Below, in pieces: positions 11,368-22,583 of a stretch of DNA of 64,000 bases. The position numbers and the translations under genes were made by a program. The notes under the pieces were generated by a model. It was not told where the DNA came from. It worked only from the letters and a program-made list of their open reading frames with translations, and did no database searches. Numbering within the stretch: the stretch's first letter is position 1; every line of letters starts with the position of its first letter. This stretch comes from Naegleria gruberi (lineage: Eukaryota): NCBI GenBank assembly GCA_000004985.1, contig GG738877.1; one strand, 5' to 3'.

Positions 11368-12071
11368 ACTGTCAACAAACGTTCTAAATCTGATTTAAAA
11401 TTAGTTACAGAAACTGTCTCTCTGTGTGAGTGTGGTTTGGTTGATTCTTAGAGAGAGTGAATGACAGTGGCAGATCCTTTCAAAGTGGCAGAATCTCTGT
11501 TTTTTTTTGTGCTGTGGAAAGGTTTCTTGTTGAAAAAACGTGCTGGAATGAGAGTTGTTTTTTAAACTCTATTCACACAAAGAAGTGTTTGACACGTGAG
11601 GTAAATTGCGCAGTTGTGCGAAAATTGAAATGCATTACCTTCGTGAAAACACTACTCAATCTGTCAGATAACAAATGGGGGCTTGGTTGTACTGCTTAGG
11701 TAAGCAATTATTAGGAAAAGCTTTTCAATTATTGAAAGATAAATACTCTGAATGTAGTGAATTTAAACCGCAAATTGAGGTGCTTGCCACTTTTGACTTA
11801 TTTACAATTGATTATTCTTTTAATAAAGACATGTCGTGCAGACGGGTTGTGTTTCTTTCAACCACACGACAAGATGGATTCTTTGTTACTGTACCTGGTT
11901 TCCTTTAGAATACATTGGGAACTTTCGTATTGAAATATTTGGAATGGTGTTGGTGACAGGTTAACAATTTAGTCTAATTACACCGAATTACCACGTGTTA
12001 AGTCTCATCACAGTGAGCTACATTGAATAGTTTTTAAATATTGGTCATCTTTTGGCGATCAGTCAACATAT

Positions 12072-13313
12072 TCAATCATCTTCCTCATCTTTGTATTGAT
12101 TCAATCCTTGCAGCAATGCAGAACAACCTGAAATTGATGATTTCGTATTAGTAAATTTGGCTCTCTGTAGAGTCCACTTTGAATTTTCACACGTCGCCGA
12201 GCTTTTGGGAGATGTTATTTCCTGTTGTGTAGAGTTGGTCAACTTTCTTTTTTTTAACTCTTTGGCCATCTTGGTTATTTCATTTGGTTTCAATGGTTGT
12301 GAGGATTTGGAAGCGTTAAATATTGAGGCGGATGATGTTCCTTCAATGTTTCTCTTTTTCACACGAGTTGACAATTCTTGTTTGGCAATAATTCCATCCT
12401 CAAGTGTTTCTTCAGGTAACAATGAACGTAGTGTATAGGAATTAACAAAGTTAGCTCCCAATCTTTGTCCCAAATTCTTGCAAGCTTCCTTCTCACTCTT
12501 TCTTAATTGTCTGTGAGAAGCTCTTAGCTGAAAATTTGACTCGAAATCGTTCTCTTGTCTCTTATTGAGTTTAATAATTGATTCCAGTTGAGGGATGGCA
12601 CTTTCTGCTTTCACTAAATCCTCTTTTTCATGATTAATTCTCTGCATTGAATCCATACTTTCCAAATCTTGTCCAATCACAATCATTTCCGAACGGGTAT
12701 CATTAACATCCAAATTAGATACATCGGCATCATTGCTAATGTTCAGTCCTTGACTCTTCCACTTTATTCCACTCACACAATCATAGGTTAATTGTTCAGG
12801 ATTGGTTCTAATCTCCAATCTTCCCGAACAATCATAACATTTCATAACAAATGAATAAATTGGCATTGTTAGAGTTTTTTCCTTCTTTTCATTGTTCATG
12901 TTAAATGTATCAGAATTAATATTATTATTACTATCATCTGTTTCTTCCAATTTTACTTTAACATGATCTAGAGTATTTGTTCCTGAATTTTCTGAATCAT
13001 TATTTAAATTTTCGGAATTATTTAAATTATTATTATTTCCTCCAAACAATCCAACTTGTTTCTTCCGAGCATTGAATCGTGTTCCTTTTGCAATGCCTTT
13101 TGAGCAATGAGTACAGATAGCATTGTATGGCATCTCGAAACGAATGACCAAAGATCCTATTCGTTCATCATCAATATCGGAAGATGAAGAGGCTTTCAAT
13201 TTACTTGCACGTTGTCTCAATGGATGAGAGTGATGATATCCATTAATTGATTTGTGTTTTTTCGGATCAAAATCTGGTGGAATGTACTTGTTTGTTGCTT
13301 TACGTTCTGCCAT
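12072..13313 (-). CDS. YJU2: splicing factor YJU2 / CCDC94-family (DUF572) protein
   Basis: The N-terminus MAERKATNKYIPPDFDPKK...VIRFEMPYNAICTHCSKGIAKGTRFNARKKQV...MKCYDCSGRLEIRTNPEQLTYDCVSG matches the conserved CCDC94/Yju2 zinc-ribbon-like N-terminus. Confidence 0.85.
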   Translation of the reverse strand: MAERKATNKYIPPDFDPKKHKSINGYHHSHPLRQRASKLKASSSSDIDDERIGSLVIRFEMPYNAICTHCSKGIAKGTRFNARKKQVGLFGGNNNNLNNSENLNNDSENSGTNTLDHVKVKLEETDDSNNNINSDTFNMNNEKKEKTLTMPIYSFVMKCYDCSGRLEIRTNPEQLTYDCVSGIKWKSQGLNISNDADVSNLDVNDTRSEMIVIGQDLESMDSMQRINHEKEDLVKAESAIPQLESIIKLNKRQENDFESNFQLRASHRQLRKSEKEACKNLGQRLGANFVNSYTLRSLLPEETLEDGIIAKQELSTRVKKRNIEGTSSASIFNASKSSQPLKPNEITKMAKELKKRKLTNSTQQEITSPKSSATCENSKWTLQRAKFTNTKSSISGCSALLQGLNQYKDEEDD

Positions 13314-13470
13314 TTTTTTTTTGAAATAGGAAATAATTGAATGTGTTGTTTACAATTTATTATTCATCTATGGAAAATTGAATGTGTTGTTTACAAGAGT
13401 TTTGAAATGGTTGAAATTAAGGACTGCCTCCATGAGAGAGGGTTCTACTGAATTTCGCTTTGTATCCTTT

Positions 13471-14661
13471 TTATTTCTTCTTCTTTTTAACATTTTTCTT
13501 AACCTTCTTTTTCTTTGTCTTCTTTTGTTTGAGAGTTTTGGAAATTTTGGTTACAAATTTAGTATGGAGCTTTTTCAGAAAGGAACTTCTTCCTCCCTTC
13601 TCCTTACACAAATCTATTGAATCAATGAATTTGTAATCACAAATCTCTTCTGTGAATTCGTACTTTTTCAGTAAATTCAACAAGCTATCCAGAAAATTAT
13701 CTTGTTGTGAAATTGTTCGAGATATTTCAACTGCATTAAATGTCATGAGCTCATTATTTTCCTTCAACTTTTTGTAATTTTTCATTAAATTCTCTACAAT
13801 AGCATCTGTCCTGTCCCATTCTACTTCATGTGCATATATGAAATTTGTTTCAAACTTTGTAAATGGTCCATTCATTACACTTTTCTCTGCATTGATTGAA
13901 TATCCATACAATTCTTCTCTCATTTCTCTTAGACAGCATTCCATACCCGACTCGGAAGGTCGTGATTTCTTTCCTCCAACAAAACTCCATGCACTTGAAT
14001 CAGTATTTTTACAAATCAAGTATTTGAATGCAAATTTCTTTCCAAGACTATTCTTTGCATAGATAATAATGAAGGAAGATTCAAATTTCATTGTTTTTCC
14101 ATTGCTACCAGTCATTAGACATTGCACTGGTTCATTGACAACACCCTCCAATCCAGTTTTTATCCAACCTTGAGCAATCTCTTCCAAACTCTCAAAAAAC
14201 AATAAATTCATCTCTTTGGATGAATCTTTCTGAATGAAAAATTGAGTATTTCCATGAATTTTTCTATGTTTAAGATTATCTTTCAAATATCCTTCAAACT
14301 TTTTCATCAACTTTTCATTAAAATTGTCCTTCATCAATTCCTTGACTTGAATTAAAATTGTTGCAATTAATTTTTCCTTCAACATGCGAATTGTATGATC
14401 ATTCTTTAATTTCCGAATGGCATCAATTTCTTTAGAACATTGAATGACGTTCTTTGAATTTCTAAAATCGAATAATATGGAATTGTGCAGTGATTGGTCT
14501 TCATTATTCCTATCATTGTCGCCTATATCTTGATTGTTGGTTTCTGTTGTTATTTCTTCATCTTTTTCCTCATCAATGTTTTCAACTTCATCTTCCGATG
14601 AATCGTCATCACTCGCAACTATTTCTTCTAATTTCCTCTTGTTTTGTTTGCGCCTAGCCAT
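13471..14661 (-). CDS. Nudix hydrolase family protein
   Basis: The Nudix box is present: GGKKSRPSESGMECCLREMREELYGY (GX5EX7REUXEEXGU). The N-terminus is acidic and the C-terminus Lys-rich. Confidence 0.7.
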   Translation of the reverse strand: MARRKQNKRKLEEIVASDDDSSEDEVENIDEEKDEEITTETNNQDIGDNDRNNEDQSLHNSILFDFRNSKNVIQCSKEIDAIRKLKNDHTIRMLKEKLIATILIQVKELMKDNFNEKLMKKFEGYLKDNLKHRKIHGNTQFFIQKDSSKEMNLLFFESLEEIAQGWIKTGLEGVVNEPVQCLMTGSNGKTMKFESSFIIIYAKNSLGKKFAFKYLICKNTDSSAWSFVGGKKSRPSESGMECCLREMREELYGYSINAEKSVMNGPFTKFETNFIYAHEVEWDRTDAIVENLMKNYKKLKENNELMTFNAVEISRTISQQDNFLDSLLNLLKKYEFTEEICDYKFIDSIDLCKEKGGRSSFLKKLHTKFVTKISKTLKQKKTKKKKVKKNVKKKKK

Positions 14662-14863
14662 TTGTTTTCAATTTTTTTAAATTATTATTTGTTTTAATAT
14701 TATTTAGAGGTAATTTTTTGTATTGACCCAGGGCTTTAAATTTCAATGAATACCTTATAAAATCTCATGAAAAAAGAGAATATCATAGAAAAATATGTCT
14801 ATATTATGAGGTGCAAAATTTAGTTCACGACATTGAATAATCATAAAAATACAAAATAATTTC

Positions 14864-14934
14864 TGCGTCGACCGGGAATTGAACCCGGGTCACGGCGATG
14901 GCAACGCCGTATTCTACCACTAAACCATCGACGC
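14864..14934 (-). tRNA. tRNA-Gly(GCC)
   Basis: Reverse complement: GCGTCGA TG GTTTAGTGGTAGAAT ACGGCG TTGCCAT CGCCGT GACCCGGGTTCAATTCCCGG TCGACGC A. It is a cloverleaf with anticodon GCC. Confidence 0.9.
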
Positions 14935-15191
14935 CTTCTTATTATTTATAATTGGTTACTCAATATGAAAATAGAGAAAATTGCTTCAAGTCACTGGAAG
15001 GAAGTGTAGCTATTAGTGTTGAACACCAATTTATGCTTTGCATTTTTGTTTATTAATAAAACCATAACAAATAAGATAACAAGGCTTATTGTTCAAAATA
15101 TTTGCCTTCTTCTAGAGAAACAACCTGGAGTTTTAAATTCCCTAATGAAATATCCAATAAATACAAATGGTTTATTATGTAAATATATGAC

Positions 15192-16246
15192 TTATTCATG
15201 ATGATCATCATCACCTCCATCGTCATCCTCGTGTTGAGAAACCAATTTATATTCACTACTGTGATCGTCATGATGACCAACATGAACAGGTCTAGCCAAG
15301 AAGATTGAAACACTGTGACCTAAAGTTATTATTATTATTCATTATTAATAATTTCCATTCAAGTAATTCAATGAACAAGTATTAAAAGAATTTCAATAAA
15401 TGGCAATTAACACACAATTTTCACACATTGAGTCAAATTTAACAATTTAAACAAGTGAATAATACTTACTGGCATGAGTGTAGTGAGTGGCCTTTTCAAA
15501 AATCACATACCACTGCACCAAAACTTCCAAAATTTCAACAGCCAAATGTTCCTCCAAACTTGCTGATTTGTTGGCAAAGTAGGCAGGATCCTTCTTTCTC
15601 TTATTGTAATTGTAATCATACTCACGACCTAAATAAACAAAGTGAATAATACCAGTGGCAAATGAATAAATGCAAAAGATGAAATAAATAATGCTTTCGA
15701 TCCAATTGATCCAGATGGTGAGTGGTTTCTTTCTCTTCACAGCAATCAATTCACGAATGTAACGGAATGTGAATAGGATTGGAATACAAATCATGGCAAT
15801 GTAGGAAGTAATTTTCAATCCGAATTGGACATCGGTTTCACCATCGACGAGATGGCCAGTTGTGATGCCCAATAAATCGTTTGCTTGAACGAAGGAAATG
15901 ACTACAATCTGTAAATGGTGATGGAATTAAATGTTTCAATGAGAAATATTTCGAATAGAGTGTTGCAAAAAGTGAGAAAATCACCAAAAACGATCAAAGC
16001 GAACATTGTCATCATAACAACAATCAACAAGGCCATTAAACATGGATACAAAGTATTGAACATTCTAATAAACAATTCGAAAGAAATTTAAAAACAAACC
16101 TTGAAAACAGACAGCAAATACATTCTCAATCTTCTATTACCAATTGTATTACGAGAGATTGTTCTGAGAACCTTCTTGGTCTTCTCCCACGAAGACAACT
16201 CTCTTCCAGCAGAACCAGAAAGTGGTTCAGTAAGTGATGTAGTCAT
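15192..16246 (-). CDS. multi-pass membrane protein with a His/Asp-rich C-terminal tail, 4 exons
   Basis: Hand-built model with exons 16246-16122, 16063-15984, 15901-15470 and 15319-15192. The donors are GTATTT, GTGATT and GTAAGT, and the acceptors are TAG or CAG. It has several hydrophobic helices and the tail ...VHVGHHDDHSSEY..HEDDDGGDDDHHE. Confidence 0.45.
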
Positions 16247-16567
16247 ATTTTTTGCTATTTTGCAAACTGAACAATACACAGAAAGGAACGAAATAGAGTG
16301 CTTGTTGTTGAAGAACGACAAAACTCATGCTGGAATAGTTCGCATTCTTGTTAGAATTGGGAAGGATAATCCAATTATGGTGCGACTGAAGTGCTTACAA
16401 TGAGAAAGAGGCTAATTATTCGAATATGTCAGTGGATGTCATGCTCATGATTGGATGTGAAATTTTAATACAAAATATTGTAAAGCAGTAAAAACAAATA
16501 GTATTCGAATTGGAGATACGTTTAGTTCAGTATATTTTAGCGGGAATATAGTACAAAGTTTAATTCT

Positions 16568-19168
16568 TTATTCAATTTCAATGCCCAAAGTTTCTAATTG
16601 ACCTTCAACAAGTCGATGCATTCTTCTGAATGTAGATTGATTCTTCTTAACACGTTTGGTCTTGTCTGATGTTTTGCTTATTCTTGTTTTGATTTTGGTG
16701 GATGGTGTTGATAAATTAGATCCTGGTGAATTGAGTGAAACAGAGTTGGTTGACTGCTGGAGTGAAATTGTTGGTTTGACTGAGAAGGTTGCTCCAACAA
16801 GTTCTTCCTCATCATCTTGTTCAGAATCTGAATCTGAATCAGAGTGGTGATCTTTGAGGATAATCTTTCCAGAGTTGACCGTTGAGTTGTTGGAAGAATT
16901 TGGTTTCACTGTTGTGGTGTTGAGTGAAATTTCCTCGTCAGAATTATCGGAATCTGATTCGATTATTCTTCTGGAACTGTTGGATTTTCTATTATCTGAA
17001 GGTGTATTGAGTGAAACTGAGGTAAATTCTCCCTTTCCATCAGAAGATGAATCAGTTTCATCGTCTGTACCTGATTCAGTTTCATAGTTTAGTTTGATAT
17101 TTTCAGTACGATTAATTAAATCATCCAAATCGTCCAAATCATCAGATTCACGTACTTGATTGGTAGTTCTAGAAACTGAGAATGAGTCCTTAATCATAAT
17201 TTCCATTGCATGATCGTCGTCATTGGATGCTTCGTGTTCAATCATTAACTTGTCCTTCTTTATCTTTTTTGTCTTTTTCTCCTTGTCAGATAATTTGATA
17301 TCTTGAATCTTGACATCAGAACTGCTTCCCATATAAGATGACAAACTGTTGCTGCTACCTGGAGTGGTTGTACCACCATTTGGTGATTGAGAATTTGGTG
17401 GAGAGATGATTGCAGAACCTGGTGAAGTTGAAATTTGCATTGGAGAAGCATGTGCAAAGAGGGAAACTCTCATGTTTTGAGAGGTGAGATCCATATCTTG
17501 GGCATGGCTTGTGAGGTTTTTCATTCCCTCTGGAAACATTAATGAAACACGGTTGGAAGCACTCATATCTCCTGAATCGTCGTGTACAGAAGAGAGCTTT
17601 GAGAGTTTTCCTTCTTGGTAGAGTTTCCTCAAACGGTCAACTGGATTGGCAATTCCTTCATTGTTGATCTTTTCAACATTTTCAGTCTTTTCCAAGAATT
17701 GATTTCTACATCTGTGGAAAGACAAACTCTTCCACATCATTGGAGAGTGAGGAGAAACTTGTTCACTCAAAATGTCATTTGCCTTTTCCTTCTTGGCTTC
17801 CTTAATTCTGTTAAGAATAAGTTGATGAATGGCAATCGATTTTTTCTGAATCAATTCACCTTCATTCAACATTTTTGTAACATTATTAATGGCATCAATC
17901 CACTCCTCTCTATCACGTTCAGACTCGGCCAAGAAGAAATATTGTCTCCCAACAGTGTGTAAAGTAATTCCACATTTGGTATTTTTAGTTGCTTCCACAC
18001 GAGTTCCCTTCAAATCAATCGAATCAATTGGTTCCATTTCCTTTTCACTCTTATAATAGGACAATGCACTGTCTTTCAAAACAAAGAATCTAGTCTTGAT
18101 ACTCTTAAAACTACCTCCCTGTTTCTTTAAAACACCCTTCTTTTCAACTCTCTTTGCTTGATCCCCACGAAGGAAATTTCTTGGATCATTGTAAACTTTT
18201 TTCAAATTTGCATAATAAACACTTGCACGAAGAGCATAAACCCATTCACTAACTTCTTCCTCCAAATCACAAACCATATAATAATTTCTATTCTTTGTTA
18301 CAATAGCAAAACAGTTCTTTTTTCCAATTTGAAATTCATCAACAAACATGACAAGACTGTCAACTTCAATTTTAACACTTCCAGCCGGATACGAATCATT
18401 TTGACTCTTATAATAGGAAAGTGTGTCATCATGAAGAACGAACCATCTCTTCTTCCAGTTCTTTCTCTTTGCCCCTTGTTTGGTAACATTTCCCTTTTTA
18501 CTTGTTAATGAAATATCAAATTCTCTCTCGAGTCTGTAATCACCATTTTCCAGAGTTGGAATGTACAACTTTTTTACATATTTATCTGTAATAAACTTTT
18601 TTCTAAATGAACTGTTTAATAATCAATGATGCAATACACACACAACAACAAGAATGTTATATCAATTCAACACAGTGTTACGTTATTAATCAATTGTCAA
18701 AAAATTCAAAATTCATCAATCATTATCCGATATTATTCGAAAGTGATCATTTTCAACAATTCATCATCAATCATCACACAGGTAACACATCAATATAATA
18801 AACATTCATAATTATTATATAAACAATACATACTACTTGTCGTGAGCAGATGGTTTTTCAAAAGGAAATAAATTACATTCCCAATATGCATTAGCTTCTA
18901 CATTTCCTACTCTATTCATTACTTCATATTGTTCTTCATCATTCCATTCATCCAATTCAACTGATTTCACTTTGGAAATGTGTGTTCCCATTGATCGGTG
19001 AACACCCGAACAATTGATACAAACAAAAACACCAAGATTAGTTGAAGCCCATGCTGTTTCTGTTGCTAAACAATCAGCACAATATTTGTTTTCTGATTTG
19101 TTTTTTATGCTGATGATTTCTTGTTTGTAGTTTTTAGAGGTCTGTGCTGTTGTGGCGATGACAGACAT
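16568..19168 (-). CDS. ADAP/centaurin-alpha-like protein: an ArfGAP domain plus two PH domains, joined across a 225-nt intron (18836-18612)
   Basis: The ArfGAP zinc finger is CADCLATETAWASTNLGVFVCINCSGVHR in exon 19168-18837. A GTAGTA donor and a TTAAACAG acceptor give an in-frame join to ...SFRKKFITDKYVKKLYIPTLENGDY. Two PH domains follow (WKKRWFVL..., KTRFFVLKD...). Confidence 0.6.
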
Positions 19169-19370
19169 TTTTTTAAAACTAACAAGTGACAGACAGGTCG
19201 GTGATATGACTTACCTTGGTGACTCTTCAAAAATGTGTTGACCATTATTAATCCTTGAACATGTTTAAATGATTCGCAACATCTCACAACAAGCAATTGA
19301 TCCTTTTTCTCCTTCTCGTAATTACGATTTTTCCAAATGATTCGACCCTCATTGTAAAAATCTCATTTAT

Positions 19371-21686
19371 TTACCAAACATCTCTACATAATCTCTTTTC
19401 ATGTTCCAATTCTTCCATCTTGAGAGTGGCTTGGTCATTGGAAAGTGATTCATGTTTGATGAAAATATTCTTGAAAGTCTCAATCACAGCAGGGCACATT
19501 GAAGATCCATCACCACAAATGTAAATGTGGGCATTTTCTTTAACAATCAAATTGTAAAGTGATTCTGAATTTTCAAGAATTAAATCTTGCACATAGACCT
19601 TCTTCTTTGGGTCTTCTCTAGAAAAGGCAGTATGTAATTCAATGGAATTATTCTTTGACCAATTTTCCAACTCGGTTCTATATAAAAAGTCCTTATTTCT
19701 ATCTCTGCAACCAAAGAAGAGAATATTTCTTCCCTTTGCCTGCAAATTTAATCGTTCTTGGATGAATCCCATGAATGGTGCAATACCTGTTCCTGGGCCA
19801 ATCATAATAATTGGTGTGCTAGTGTCTGATGGCAGCTTGAAATCTCTATTCTTCGAAATAAATATTGGTACTATGGATTGATGTTTGAGGAAGTTAGTGG
19901 CTACACCCTTTCTATTCTTATTAAGGGTATTATAAGTTACAATGGAAACAGTTATTGTTGCCTTTTCATTCTTAGTTTCAACAGCTGATGAACTGATTGA
20001 GTAATATCTTGGTACAAGCACTTTGAATTGATCGACAATGTTTTGAATAGTTATTTTAGACTTGGTGTAAGTATTCTTGTTCGATTTGTGAACGAGAGGG
20101 ATGAGGAAATCTTCCAAAACATCCTCTACCCATCTATCCTCAATGTAGGAATTAAGAGTACTTTCGTCATGCAAAATATTGTCCAATTTGGTTTTCAAAT
20201 CTTCCATGCCAGTGAAATCTTGCTTATCGTGAAGTAATTGCAGCAGTGAGGCACTGACTTGCTTAAGATCGTAGAATCTTGTAATGGCTTCCTTGAGGGT
20301 AATATATTCTGGCATACCACTATCAGCATTCTTGAATGGAGAGCTTTCTGCAGGTGAGAAATAGTTGCTTGGTGCATTAACGAGTGGGGAAGCACTAGAT
20401 CCATGCTCACAAGTAAAGAAATCACTCAAATACTTGAAGAGTGTCTCTGTAACTTGAGAATCATTCTCAGGAAGGACTCCCAGAGCGTCACCACATTCAT
20501 ATTTCAAGCTCTTATCATCCAACAAATCAAAACAAAAGTGAACACATTCTCTAATGTCTTTTGGATTGGATTCATCAATGCATATTCTTCTATTTTCTGT
20601 CACCTTAGCAAAGAATGGATTTGTTCTGTCGTACTGAGTTGTTGTTGACAATGCATTGGCAGAATCACTTTGTAAATAGTCCAAAAGAGGTGAATTAACT
20701 GTAAAATTGGCTCTTCTCTCAGTGATTTGTTGAACAACTCCGTTAAGCCACTTATTAATAGATCTCCAATCGTCTCTATCAATGTCAACTCTATCATGAA
20801 TCCTCTCCGATTGTATAAACTTGCTCTCAAACAAAGAATCAAGTGTTTTCCCTGATCTACAAAAGTGTGTATAACTCTTATCACCTAATGCAAGTACAGA
20901 GTAATAAATATTAGAGGTGGTTTCAATTGATTTGTCTTTCTTTTCTTGCATCGATTCAAAGAATGATAGGGCTGCATTTGGAGGCACTCCTTCTCCATAC
21001 GTTGAACAAACTGAAATGACACAGCTTTCTTGACTCCAATCTATCACATTGTAGTGTTTCAAATCTAATAATCTAGGAACAAAGACAAAGTCATCCTTGT
21101 TATTCAACTTTTCCACAATTTCCTCACAAATTTTCATACCAACTTGTTTTGAAAACCCGAATTCTGTACCATACAAGACCAAAATATTAATCACCTTCTT
21201 TTGCTTATCAAGTGACGAAATAATATCACTGCTGACACTCTTTGGTGTCCAAACTAGTTTTTTAACTGGTGCCTTTTTGATTTGTGTTTGTTCTTCAGCC
21301 TCGGATTCATCCAAACCTTCGAGAAATTCTCTTGTCGACTGAATTTGTTTGTACAATTTATAACCAAGTGTTGATAAGCCAACAATTGCAACAGCTGGAA
21401 GTACAATCTTGTATAAATAGGACCATTTGGATGATTTGTTCTTTGTTGATACCTTGTTAGTGACTGCTCTCGTTAAATTATGAGAAATAATTGATGAAAT
21501 TTGCTGATTATTTGAACTATTAAATTGATTGATGATATTTCTCCCTTGTGATGATGTCTTACCAAACACACTTGTAAGATACATCAAAGTATCCAACAAG
21601 AGTTGGTTATTATTATTGATCATCGATGAACCACTACTACTATGACGAGCATAACTAGGAGGAGGTGGGTAGTTGTTTCTTGTCAT
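19371..21686 (-). CDS. NADPH-cytochrome P450 reductase family diflavin oxidoreductase, membrane anchored
   Basis: It has an N-terminal TM segment and an FMN flavodoxin-like domain (INILVLYGTEFGFSKQ). The FAD motif is RYYSISSS, the NADPH motif GPGTGIAPFMGF, and the C-terminus is ...DVW. Confidence 0.85.
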   Translation of the reverse strand: MTRNNYPPPPSYARHSSSGSSMINNNNQLLLDTLMYLTSVFGKTSSQGRNIINQFNSSNNQQISSIISHNLTRAVTNKVSTKNKSSKWSYLYKIVLPAVAIVGLSTLGYKLYKQIQSTREFLEGLDESEAEEQTQIKKAPVKKLVWTPKSVSSDIISSLDKQKKVINILVLYGTEFGFSKQVGMKICEEIVEKLNNKDDFVFVPRLLDLKHYNVIDWSQESCVISVCSTYGEGVPPNAALSFFESMQEKKDKSIETTSNIYYSVLALGDKSYTHFCRSGKTLDSLFESKFIQSERIHDRVDIDRDDWRSINKWLNGVVQQITERRANFTVNSPLLDYLQSDSANALSTTTQYDRTNPFFAKVTENRRICIDESNPKDIRECVHFCFDLLDDKSLKYECGDALGVLPENDSQVTETLFKYLSDFFTCEHGSSASPLVNAPSNYFSPAESSPFKNADSGMPEYITLKEAITRFYDLKQVSASLLQLLHDKQDFTGMEDLKTKLDNILHDESTLNSYIEDRWVEDVLEDFLIPLVHKSNKNTYTKSKITIQNIVDQFKVLVPRYYSISSSAVETKNEKATITVSIVTYNTLNKNRKGVATNFLKHQSIVPIFISKNRDFKLPSDTSTPIIMIGPGTGIAPFMGFIQERLNLQAKGRNILFFGCRDRNKDFLYRTELENWSKNNSIELHTAFSREDPKKKVYVQDLILENSESLYNLIVKENAHIYICGDGSSMCPAVIETFKNIFIKHESLSNDQATLKMEELEHEKRLCRDVW

Positions 21687-22583
21687 GTGTTTTGAATTTT
21701 TACCTTCCAGATGAGACGTGGCGATTAATCTGGTTTTTTTTCAAGGCTTGTTGAACTGATTCTTAACCTTGATGGTTTTTCAAAGTTTGAATCTTGTTGT
21801 GGTGTGTTGAAGATTTTGTAATTGCAACACACTCATTGGTTCTGGTTTGTTCTGCTGTGGTGTGTGGTAGGAAAAACCAATAGAAATTGCTGGCTTATTA
21901 GCAAGCCGATTCTCCTATTTGGAAGCTTTCTCTAGAGCGAATTGTAGCCAGTCCGATTCCAAAATTTGATGATGGTGATGAGTGTGACTGGAATCAAGAC
22001 GCAAAATTTCAACTACCTAGCATGTGTTAAATTTTCACACACACGAACGAGGATCTTTTTTCAACTCCCTCGATTTACAGTATCCTCTCAATAAAGAAGT
22101 TGAACAACAATCAAGACTTGTTATTGGTTCAATTTCCATGGCCAGTATTGAATCCTTCCTGAGATGCTTTTTACTGTAATTTCTCAATTTCTCCACATGA
22201 AAATGTTGATTTCATTTGAACACATTCTCTTCCTAAACTAACATTGACACAAATTAACCTTCAATTATCCACAACTAATACACATGATCAATCTATTGAA
22301 TGAATCTTACCAAGTGAGCTTGTTCCAACTCTTCAAGATAACACCTCAGGTTTTTTAGTTCTTCGTTGTTCGAATCTTTGCAGAGAGCGCCAAGCAAGTT
22401 AACAACCTTTGAAAAAAATTCACAACACACACCTCTCGCGACAAAGATCTAAAAATCGTACAACCACGAGTCGGAGAGAAAACGTTTGATCATATCGTCA
22501 TCTATTTATCATCACACACAAAAGAATATTAACGAATATTAACAACAACAACAACAATTATATATAACTGTACAACAATAACG
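21687..22583. promoter_or_regulatory. shared divergent intergenic and 5' region between the CPR-like and GGR-like genes
   Basis: This ~0.9 kb separates two divergently oriented ATGs. It is visibly more GC-rich than typical intergenic DNA here. Confidence 0.3.

Noticed and set aside
15455-15480. ATACTTACTGGCA resembling the 5' end of U1 snRNA
   Set aside because: It is simply the complement of a GTAAGT donor site of the minus-strand membrane-protein gene. There is no Sm site or U1 stem-loops.
22330-22390. gttgttcgaatctttgc, a possible tRNA T-loop
   Set aside because: No acceptor, D-arm or anticodon structure could be built around it.
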